Part shown: one piece after another, positions 57,509 to 64,000 of the stretch
How positions within the stretch are numbered: position 1 is the first letter of the stretch
How the letters are laid out: every line of letters starts with the position of its first letter
Source: a virus
DNA length: 64,000 bases
Strand: one strand, 5' to 3'
Virus record (IMG/VR): IMGVR_UViG_3300042892_002840
Coordinates: 1-64,000 of that record
Made by a program: the position numbers and the translations under genes
The notes under the pieces: model-generated
The model's input: the letters and a program-made list of their open reading frames with translations, nothing else
What the model was told of the DNA's origin: nothing
Databases searched by the model: none

Positions 57509-57724
57509 ATGAGGATACAATATGTATCAACTTACATCTCCATGTCAAAAGATGGATTGGTTGAAAAGCTTTTATGCCCAGTAGACCAATCTTTCCTTTT
57601 TTGTAATCAAGATTTAGAAGATAACATATTCCTATACTGCCTTGAATGCAGTTATAAAAAAGATTTGGGCGTAGCGACTTACGCAAAGCTTGCTTTAGCA
57701 GTAGAAGCACAAAATGTGCGATAA
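57509..57724 (+). CDS. small zinc-binding protein
   Basis: CPVD...CLEC; GGAG RBS. Confidence 0.7.
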   Translation: MRIQYVSTYISMSKDGLVEKLLCPVDQSFLFCNQDLEDNIFLYCLECSYKKDLGVATYAKLALAVEAQNVR

Positions 57725-57818
57725 CGAAAATGCGGTTCAAAATGAATCAGAGCCAATTAGGGTTACTGATGCAATGGGTAGAGAGATGTTTTGGTTAGAT
57801 GCAGGAAGACCAGACTAA
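57714..57818 (+). CDS. 34-aa hypothetical protein
   Basis: Hand translation MCDNENAVQ...FWLDAGRPD bridging its neighbours. Confidence 0.45.
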   Translation: MCDNENAVQNESEPIRVTDAMGREMFWLDAGRPD

Positions 57819-58014
57819 AGAAGACCAGGTAGAAAACAACTTGGAAGATAATTTGCCTATGGTAAATTATATTATGATGCACAGAGTGTACGACATGCTA
57901 ACGCTTATAGCCAATAAGGTAGTTGGCAACGAAGACACTCAAAAAATGATAGACTATCATGATCAGGGGTATTTATTAGGACCTGCCCCTTCATTTCAAC
58001 CTAGTGAGGAATAA
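57799..58014 (+). CDS. hypothetical protein
   Basis: ORF in the plus-strand operon. Confidence 0.65.
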   Translation: MQEDQTKEDQVENNLEDNLPMVNYIMMHRVYDMLTLIANKVVGNEDTQKMIDYHDQGYLLGPAPSFQPSEE

Positions 58015-58016
58015 AT

Positions 58017-58205
58017 ATGGAAAAAGAAAAAGTAGTACTACTAATGCTAGAAAAATTGAACAACGATACACGATTTGCTGGAGTTTCTAGCGGTGCAGAT
58101 ATTGCAGATGTAGAACAGCAGATTATCAAGAACCAGCCATTCTTGCAATGGCAAATGGGAAACATGTACGACCTTCTTCTTGAAAAAGGCGTAATTAAAC
58201 CTTGA
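58017..58205 (+). CDS. hypothetical protein
   Basis: GAGG RBS; operon context. Confidence 0.65.
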   Translation: MEKEKVVLLMLEKLNNDTRFAGVSSGADIADVEQQIIKNQPFLQWQMGNMYDLLLEKGVIKP

Positions 58206-58230
58206 CATTGTATTTATAATACCTTATACT
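58202..58230 (+). promoter_or_regulatory. near-consensus sigma70 promoter
   Basis: TTGACA-N17-TATACT. Confidence 0.75.
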
Positions 58231-58235
58231 TTTAA

Positions 58236-58308
58236 GGTGTTGGTCGAGTTTTGCTCCCAGTACATAAAGCCCTATTCGGATCCGCCTCTGAATGGGGCTT
58301 TATTATTT
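58236..58308 (+). ncRNA. candidate ~70-nt two-hairpin small RNA
   Basis: Own promoter; hairpin 1 GTGTTGG..GAG-TTTTG-CTC-CCAGTAC; hairpin 2 is a 15-bp stem with TCCGCC loop and U-rich tail. Confidence 0.5.
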
Positions 58309-58329
58309 AGGTGGTATAATTATAATACT

Positions 58330-58488
58330 ATGACAAGAGACCATTTTGCAAAGGCAAATAGGAATTCTAGATATCAAAGTAGCTTCTATAAAAACAGCGA
58401 ATCTAGAGAGGCTAAGGCTGAGCAAAATATAGAAAATTTTTTATCTAAAATGATAAATAAGACTAAAAGAATATTTGGTAGAAAATAA
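58330..58488 (+). CDS. 52-aa basic hypothetical protein
   Basis: ATG at 58330 follows TGGTATAAT (58312..58320); the track start at 58237 overlaps the RNA hairpins. Confidence 0.6.
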   Translation: MTRDHFAKANRNSRYQSSFYKNSESREAKAEQNIENFLSKMINKTKRIFGRK

Positions 58489-59327
58489 TGTTTACGGATA
58501 ACGAAAATTTTGAGCAAATAGCAGATCAAGTTTGGGTCTGGAGAAACTTTGTAACCGAAGAAGAAAATGAGTTAATAACTTCTTTGATGAGAGAGCACGA
58601 ATCACGATTTGACGACAAAGACGAAGCATTTAAATTTGAAGATCAGGCCATCGATTGGTACAAAGACAAGACTGGCCCACTAATGATTGAGCTAAAGCCA
58701 ATCTGGGACAGAATATCAGCATCTCTATATCCTGAGCACTATATCCATCCACAGCTATTCGTTAACGTAATGCGTCCAGGCGATGAGGGAATGTTCGTAC
58801 ACGCAGACAGCCCAGGGATGAACATGGAGCACGAGTTAACTCAGCTAGACAGATGGAAGACTTGCTGCAGATTAAGCCATGGAATAGTAACATACTTTGG
58901 CGACTATACAGATGGACAGATCTTTTATCCTAACATTGAAAAAGACGGTACTGTAAAAGAAAGACCTGGAGACCCATTTGATTGCCTAGAAGTAGATGTC
59001 AGACCTAGAGATCTTGCAATACATGGAGCAGTTCATCCATGGGAGCACGGTGTAAGAAAGATTACATCTGGAACAAGATATGCTTATTCAAACTTCTGCA
59101 TGGAAAAAGAGCATGCTCCAGGAACATATGAATTATTTGATCCGAACAAGCATCCACACATGACTGATAGAGCAGAGATTATAGAATGGGTTGAAAAGGT
59201 TCATCCTGAAACAACATTCTGTAAGAAGAAGTGTATCTGCGGTCAATCAGGAGATCTTCCTTATTGTGACAACACACACAAGATTATTAATAAGAAGAAA
59301 CAAGAAGAGGGCAATTCGGACATTTAG
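58488..59327 (+). CDS. 2OG-Fe(II) oxygenase fused to a CDGSH-type Fe-S domain
   Basis: HAD, EH, R (GTRYA); C-terminal CICGQSGDLPYCDNTH. Confidence 0.85.
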   Translation: MFTDNENFEQIADQVWVWRNFVTEEENELITSLMREHESRFDDKDEAFKFEDQAIDWYKDKTGPLMIELKPIWDRISASLYPEHYIHPQLFVNVMRPGDEGMFVHADSPGMNMEHELTQLDRWKTCCRLSHGIVTYFGDYTDGQIFYPNIEKDGTVKERPGDPFDCLEVDVRPRDLAIHGAVHPWEHGVRKITSGTRYAYSNFCMEKEHAPGTYELFDPNKHPHMTDRAEIIEWVEKVHPETTFCKKKCICGQSGDLPYCDNTHKIINKKKQEEGNSDI

Positions 59328-59383
59328 TGCGAAAAGTGCAAAAGTGAAAAAATTGAAGTGCGGCGGCGGAAGAAGAGCCTATT

Positions 59384-59674
59384 TTAATCCCATGGATCAT
59401 TCTTAGCAAACTCTGCTATATATCGATCATCTGAGCTATATTCATATATTAGATTCATTAGTAATAAACAGTCAGAATGGGATTCTAAGTACCATATGTC
59501 ACATACCCCTGAACTTGCATTCATACAAGTCTCTAATCGCCTCTTAAGACCTTCTGAGACCCATTCTAGCAAACACTCTGCAATGAATCTGTCAGCTTGG
59601 TAGTAGTTGCATTCCTCATATCGACGATTTTGCAGATATTTAGCTAGTTCGTCTCTTTTGTCCGAATTGTACAT
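59384..59674 (-). CDS. hypothetical protein
   Basis: ORF track; Cys/His residues. Confidence 0.55.
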   Translation of the reverse strand: MYNSDKRDELAKYLQNRRYEECNYYQADRFIAECLLEWVSEGLKRRLETCMNASSGVCDIWYLESHSDCLLLMNLIYEYSSDDRYIAEFAKNDPWD

Positions 59675-59708
59675 GTTGTACCCAATCTACGATAGCCAGA
59701 GTATTGAC

Positions 59709-59852
59709 CTAGTATGTTTCTTGATCGATATCTTCATTTAGGTCGAAATCAAAGATTTCTACTTGTCCCGCCCAATTTAAAAATTTAGACAATGCAACTC
59801 CTGAAAGGATTGCTATCGCAATTAGCATAATTAGAGCTAAGATTTTTTTCAT
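59709..59852 (-). CDS. 47-aa membrane protein
   Basis: AGGAG RBS; MKKILALIMLIAIAILSGVAL... with acidic tail. Confidence 0.6.
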   Translation of the reverse strand: MKKILALIMLIAIAILSGVALSKFLNWAGQVEIFDFDLNEDIDQETY

Positions 59853-59864
59853 TTTTCTCCTTTG

Positions 59865-59939
59865 TAGGGATACTGGGATTTGAACCCAGAGTCGATTGTA
59901 TATAAGACAATTGCTTTAACCAGATTAAGCTATATCCCC
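59865..59939 (-). tRNA. tRNA-Ile, anticodon UAU
   Basis: Acceptor GGGGATA/TATCCCT, D arm GCTT/AAGC, anticodon arm ATTGT-CTTATAT-ACAAT, T arm CTGGG-TTCAAAT-CCCAG, discriminator A; CCA not encoded. Confidence 0.9.
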
Positions 59940-60019
59940 TAGAACATATATATCTGCATTAATATGCCACATATATGAACTAGGATAGCTACGATGCCGA
60001 TCCAAAGTATTGTCTTCAT
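59939..60019 (-). CDS. 26-aa hydrophobic peptide
   Basis: MKTILWIGIVAILVHICGILMQIYMF; ATGA overlap with upstream ORF. Confidence 0.45.
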   Translation of the reverse strand: MKTILWIGIVAILVHICGILMQIYMF

Positions 60020-60129
60020 TTCCCGCCTTTAATTAATTTCTGAATGCACTCTACACAAAAATTCTCAAGAACTCCTTTAGAGTTAAGTCTTTCTACATAT
60101 TTTTGATTATCACAAAAGTTACATTTCAT
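60016..60129 (-). CDS. 37-aa zinc-ribbon peptide (leaderless)
   Basis: MKCNFC...CVEC; TGGTATAAT 6 nt upstream. Confidence 0.6.
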   Translation of the reverse strand: MKCNFCDNQKYVERLNSKGVLENFCVECIQKLIKGGK

Positions 60130-60165
60130 ATTATTATTATACCATAATCTTAGTCAACTAGAATA

Positions 60166-61047
60166 TTACCTAACTATGAATTTCTTACTTAGGTTTCCTA
60201 GGCTTGCAATTTCTTCAACTGAAGTATAAATATTAGCCTGATGCGAATAGGTTGCAAAACATTCTTTTCTAGATATATCACGTTTTTCATTTATTTGATC
60301 TTGAGTCATAAATTCTGTTTCTTTCTTGTACCAATTAGGCATAGGTGATTCAACATACATTCTTATAAATACCTTTTCGCCATTCTTAGTTCCATATACA
60401 CCATGATAGTGTAATGAAGAGAAGAACATTGCATCTCCCGCTTCTGGGAAATACTCTACTGGCTTATCTATTTCATAATATTCTACGCCATTATCTGTAA
60501 ACTTTCTTTCTGCCGTTTCCATGTCTATAAATGCTAATCCGCCACCTTCAAAGTCATCGTATGGATATACGTTTAATGTAAATGCATGTGGAGAAGATCC
60601 CCAAAATGGAGTTCTGTCTACGTGATATCCATTAATAAATCCATCATCTCCAAAGCTATCTGAATAGTCTACAAGAAGTATATCTGCAGATCCCCATCCA
60701 CCTGAATTTACTGCTTCTTCATGTGTTGCTGGTATATTATAGTTTGGTTCTACATCCAAAGACTTTAGGTAATCCATATCAAGATAATTGTCTTTGTAGT
60801 AGTTAATGCATTGAGTATATATACTAGCGAGCTCTTTGATAATCTCTCCAGGCTCGTTATCCAAGTCTCTAGTTTCATATGGATCTAGTGTAGACTTATA
60901 TCCTGAGATTCCCCAGTCCATCCAGTCTGTAAACAACTCATGCTTGTCTACTTGAGATCTCTTTATGATGTCGTATGTTCTTTTGGGATCTTTGAGTACA
61001 TTCTTGAATACAAGAACACCCTTAGTTAATTCGAATGAATCAAACAC
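60166..61047 (-). CDS. 2OG-Fe(II) oxygenase
   Basis: HVD, YPYDDFEGG, YH, K (GEKVF). Confidence 0.85.
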   Translation of the reverse strand: MFDSFELTKGVLVFKNVLKDPKRTYDIIKRSQVDKHELFTDWMDWGISGYKSTLDPYETRDLDNEPGEIIKELASIYTQCINYYKDNYLDMDYLKSLDVEPNYNIPATHEEAVNSGGWGSADILLVDYSDSFGDDGFINGYHVDRTPFWGSSPHAFTLNVYPYDDFEGGGLAFIDMETAERKFTDNGVEYYEIDKPVEYFPEAGDAMFFSSLHYHGVYGTKNGEKVFIRMYVESPMPNWYKKETEFMTQDQINEKRDISRKECFATYSHQANIYTSVEEIASLGNLSKKFIVR

Positions 61048-61963
61048 CTTTAATCACACAGACTATTTGATTGTTATCTCCACCGTTGCCTATTTCTTCT
61101 TTTGAATTGAATACTCTGCACTGCCAGCCAAACTGCTCAAATCCTTCTTTTTCTTTTTCTTTTAGGAAAGCTTCAAATTCTGATTCAGACATGGATTTTT
61201 GCATATTTCTGTATTCTTCTTTAAATGTTGCAGTTAAAAATTGACGAACATAAAACTTGTTCCCAGTCACTGGAGTTACTGCATGGAAAACATCTGTTCT
61301 AAATAGAAGTCCATCCCCAGCTTCCATTTTGTATCTTACTGGTTCATCAATCATTAGACATTCTTTCTCAACCCCATTAGCATCTGTGTATGTTGACTTT
61401 TCTGCATCTTCAGTATTGATAATTAATATTTCGCCACCCTCGTAATCGTCATTTGTGTAGATATTGAAATTGAATATATGTGGAGTTCCGCCGAACCAAG
61501 GTCTGCGATCCTGATGATATTCCATTGATAGATGTAGTGACTCGTCAGTGTTTTCGGACTCAAGTATAACGACATCTGCAGAACAATATGTTGGATGTCT
61601 TCTTGCTTCACTCATTGAAGTTGGAATATTTGGATCTTCGCCAATTAGCTCAAAATATTTTTGATTAAAATAGTTTTCTTTGTATATCTTGATAGCTTCC
61701 CAGAATACATCTAGAAATTCTTTTAAGTGCTCAGCACCCTCTGAAGTATCATTTACATATTCAGGGTTCTCATATGGATAGGCTTTTGAATATTGACCCC
61801 ATGGTCTCCAGTCCTGCCAGTCCCCAAACCATTTGTCTTTATTAGTTTTTGATCGAATTACAAAGTCTTGAGTTGCAGCTGCGTCTTTCAGTACATTCTT
61901 AAAAAGAATTACGTCTTTAGTTAAAAGTTTATGTTCCATATTGCTCCTAAGCCTAGAATACAA
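61040..61963 (-). CDS. 2OG-Fe(II) oxygenase (paralog of 60166..61047; start probably MEHK)
   Basis: HQD, YTNDDYEGG, FH, K (GNKFY). Confidence 0.85.
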   Translation of the reverse strand: MYSRLRSNMEHKLLTKDVILFKNVLKDAAATQDFVIRSKTNKDKWFGDWQDWRPWGQYSKAYPYENPEYVNDTSEGAEHLKEFLDVFWEAIKIYKENYFNQKYFELIGEDPNIPTSMSEARRHPTYCSADVVILESENTDESLHLSMEYHQDRRPWFGGTPHIFNFNIYTNDDYEGGEILIINTEDAEKSTYTDANGVEKECLMIDEPVRYKMEAGDGLLFRTDVFHAVTPVTGNKFYVRQFLTATFKEEYRNMQKSMSESEFEAFLKEKEKEGFEQFGWQCRVFNSKEEIGNGGDNNQIVCVIKGV

Positions 61964-62267
61964 TTATATCATCCAGATATCCTAGTTGACTGTAATTTCA
62001 TATATAGTAGAATGTTAATAAAATATTTTTTTGGGTTCTATCACTTGATCTTAGGTCTTAGGTCTTACTATATATTTAATATTTATTATTTATTGATTTA
62101 CTGACCCCCCGACCCCCCTAGAAAAATTATACTATTTCTATTTTCGATGTCAACACTTTTGGAATTTATAAAAATGTTAATATAGATTTTTCTTGTATGA
62201 TACACATATTTAGCAAATTCGGACATTTAGGATAGTCCGCACATATCAGGCGTGATTAAGTGGTCAA

Positions 62268-62283
62268 TGTGATGCACCTCACA
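62268..62283. promoter_or_regulatory. Crp/GlxR-type site
   Basis: TGTGA-TGCACC-TCACA. Confidence 0.7.
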
Positions 62284-62388
62284 AAGTATTTTGGCAAGAT
62301 GTCCCTAATGTCCGTTTTGCGAGTTGATATTTGTCAGACCCCCATGTTAAGATTTATATATAAAGAAAAACAAACGAAAGGGGTCAAT

Positions 62389-62544
62389 ATGACTCAACTA
62401 ACCGAACAACTGTTCAGCACTATCGTGCATGACTTCCACAATGGTGGAGTAAAGTCCTCATATGGTTTAGATACCTACACACGCAAGGAAGTCCTTGCCT
62501 ACCTTATCCGCTCTAAGGGTTGTGAGTGTATCAACTGCCTGTGA
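62389..62544 (+). CDS. 51-aa protein with C-terminal CxCxxC
   Basis: AACGAAAGGGG RBS before ATG at 62389. Confidence 0.7.
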   Translation: MTQLTEQLFSTIVHDFHNGGVKSSYGLDTYTRKEVLAYLIRSKGCECINCL

Positions 62545-62555
62545 GGTATCTCACA
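62540..62555. promoter_or_regulatory. Crp/GlxR-type site
   Basis: TGTGA-GGTATC-TCACA. Confidence 0.7.
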
Positions 62556-62638
62556 CGACACGACCCCCTAACCTCCCCCTATTTGTCCTACCTATCCGCT
62601 ACAATTACAACATAACGAACTAACGAAAGAAGAAAAAC

Positions 62639-62818
62639 ATGTCCTACGCTTACTCATACGAAACTAACTCTATCTCTAAGTGGGATACAATTCAGGAAGA
62701 TGTTGCAGACGCTTACTCTTACCTAGATGAAGAAACCGAACAACCACCCGTTGATGATTTTAATGATGAAGATGATGAACAACTAGCCAAACTATTCGCA
62801 CTAACATGGGAGAACTAA
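62639..62818 (+). CDS. 59-aa highly acidic protein
   Basis: Hand translation; 17 D/E versus 2 K; AACGAAAG RBS. Confidence 0.7.
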   Translation: MSYAYSYETNSISKWDTIQEDVADAYSYLDEETEQPPVDDFNDEDDEQLAKLFALTWEN

Positions 62819-62820
62819 TC

Positions 62821-62988
62821 ATGACTATCACTTACTCAATTTGGCAAGGTGGGCGCTTGCTTTCTATCGACAACATGGCAAAAGATGTAAAGGAAATCGA
62901 TACACTAATTAAAACGCTAAACGATAGCGACCTAGGAAAACGCACTAAGTTTTCCGCTAACATAATGACTCTAAAGGCTGGTGAATAA
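62821..62988 (+). CDS. hypothetical protein
   Basis: GGAG RBS before ATG at 62821. Confidence 0.65.
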   Translation: MTITYSIWQGGRLLSIDNMAKDVKEIDTLIKTLNDSDLGKRTKFSANIMTLKAGE

Positions 62989-63080
62989 TGATAACTCTAC
63001 AATGTCGCACATGCGACGAAGATGTGTCTAGCATGTGGCTAGATGAAGATGATGTAGTTACATGTGAGGGGTGTTGGTAA
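62988..63080 (+). CDS. 30-aa zinc-ribbon peptide
   Basis: MITLQCRTC...CEGCW; TAATG coupling at both ends. Confidence 0.6.
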   Translation: MITLQCRTCDEDVSSMWLDEDDVVTCEGCW

Positions 63081-63184
63081 TGACTAGACTACTAACCACT
63101 ATCGTGCAATTAGGTATTGCTATTCCCGCCCTAATCATGTTGCGCCTTGTAATTAAAGACCTTAGAGAGAATGGATTAAATTAA
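63080..63184 (+). CDS. 34-aa membrane peptide
   Basis: MTRLLTTIVQLGIAIPALIMLRLV...; TAATG coupling. Confidence 0.55.
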   Translation: MTRLLTTIVQLGIAIPALIMLRLVIKDLRENGLN

Positions 63185-63355
63185 ATGATAACTAGAAAAC
63201 ACTACATAGCCACCGCCGACATACTTGCATCTTATAAAGATTTAATCGGAGACGAATTTACTTTCCATGATCTAGTTGATGAATTTGCGGGCATGTTCGC
63301 AGAAGATAACCCCGCATTCGATGCGGATAAATTTATAACCGCTTGCAATAAATAA
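63185..63355 (+). CDS. 56-aa phage protein (TRKHY...DNPxFD..KF..AC)
   Basis: Hand translation; motif familiar from small phage proteins. Confidence 0.7.
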   Translation: MITRKHYIATADILASYKDLIGDEFTFHDLVDEFAGMFAEDNPAFDADKFITACNK

Positions 63356-63494
63356 AAATAAATAACGGCGTGTCGGCTTGACAAAATCAAGCTGGCCCGC
63401 AAAGGCACGGGGTCGGGCGTGTCGTTACGGCATTGTTATAAAACCCCTGAAAATTTACGGCGTGTCGATTTGACAGACAAATCGGACATTTGCA

Positions 63495-63510
63495 TGTGAC
63501 CTTTATCACA
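63495..63510. promoter_or_regulatory. Crp/GlxR-type site
   Basis: CA-TGTGA-CCTTTA-TCACA-TG extended palindrome. Confidence 0.7.
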
Positions 63511-63614
63511 TGACTTGAGCGTCTCACATCATGGACTTACTGGCTAGTAGGTAGATAAATGTCAGTCCCCTAATGTATAATGTCTACTATAACAACAACG
63601 AAAGAAGGTCACTC

Positions 63615-63731
63615 ATGAACCTAGATGAATTCAAGGCGCACATCACCGCCACCCGTCAAGCAAGCAAGGCAGAAGCCTTGTCAGTGCTATCTGCTACAAT
63701 TACCAAATCAACAACGAAAGAAGGCAACTAA
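63615..63731 (+). CDS. 38-aa hypothetical protein
   Basis: AACGAAAGAAGG RBS; MNLDEFKAHITATRQ...; TAATG coupling. Confidence 0.65.
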   Translation: MNLDEFKAHITATRQASKAEALSVLSATITKSTTKEGN

Positions 63732-63931
63732 TGTCAGCAAATGTCTATACTGTAGAAAGTCTCCTAGTGGGAAAAATGTATTACTCAAATTCTGTAAAGG
63801 GAGAAATTATCTCCGCAGAAAAAAATGATGATGTCTGGTATTCCGACTCAGACACTTACAAGGTGCAGGTGCGCCCTCTAAATTCTTTTAAGGATACTTA
63901 CCGCTATGTAGCGGTGAAGGTCGGTGACTAA
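63731..63931 (+). CDS. hypothetical protein
   Basis: AACGAAAGAAGG RBS; coupled. Confidence 0.7.
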   Translation: MSANVYTVESLLVGKMYYSNSVKGEIISAEKNDDVWYSDSDTYKVQVRPLNSFKDTYRYVAVKVGD

Positions 63932-64000
63932 TGACTTTAACAATTTACAAAACTGAATTTTATGAAATCATAGACGAGCAACACTTTTGCTGTGATGAAA

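Noticed and set aside
58237-58329. N-terminal extension of ORF 58237..58488
   Set aside because: Overlaps the hairpins; the ATG at 58330 has its own extended -10.
63625-63828. ORF-track 67-aa protein
   Set aside because: The RBS-supported, coupled ORFs 63615..63731 and 63731..63931 explain the region better.
1-64000. Stop-codon reassignment
   Set aside because: Genes are intact and densely packed under the standard code, ending in TAA, TAG and TGA.

Overview
64 kb of an AT-rich, long-tailed (siphovirus-type) dsDNA phage genome. An actinobacterial host is inferred from gene order resembling large Streptomyces/freshwater actinophages, GAAAG-type RBSs, leaderless starts and Crp-type sites. 1-56.7 kb is on the minus strand: replication genes (DnaB, probable primase start, metallophosphoesterase), a tail module (fibres, 2717-aa tape measure, frameshifted tail chaperone, major tail protein), a head module (MCP, protease/scaffold, portal), about 23 kb of accessory fibre and modification genes, and a class II RNR. 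56.9-64 kb holds small genes, a lytic transglycosylase, tRNA-Ile(UAU), three more 2OG-Fe(II) oxygenases and a regulatory-motif-rich, probably early, region. The standout is a candidate phage proline hydroxylation-glycosylation system. Two fibronectin-type proteins carry (FF[S/A]PP[G/S])n repeats fused to a C-terminal Hint domain. One is followed directly by a cluster of 8 prolyl-hydroxylase-like oxygenases plus 3 DUF6065-like proteins, the other by a Gnt1/GT60-like hydroxyproline GlcNAc-transferase. Family calls come from motif recognition by eye; no database search was run.
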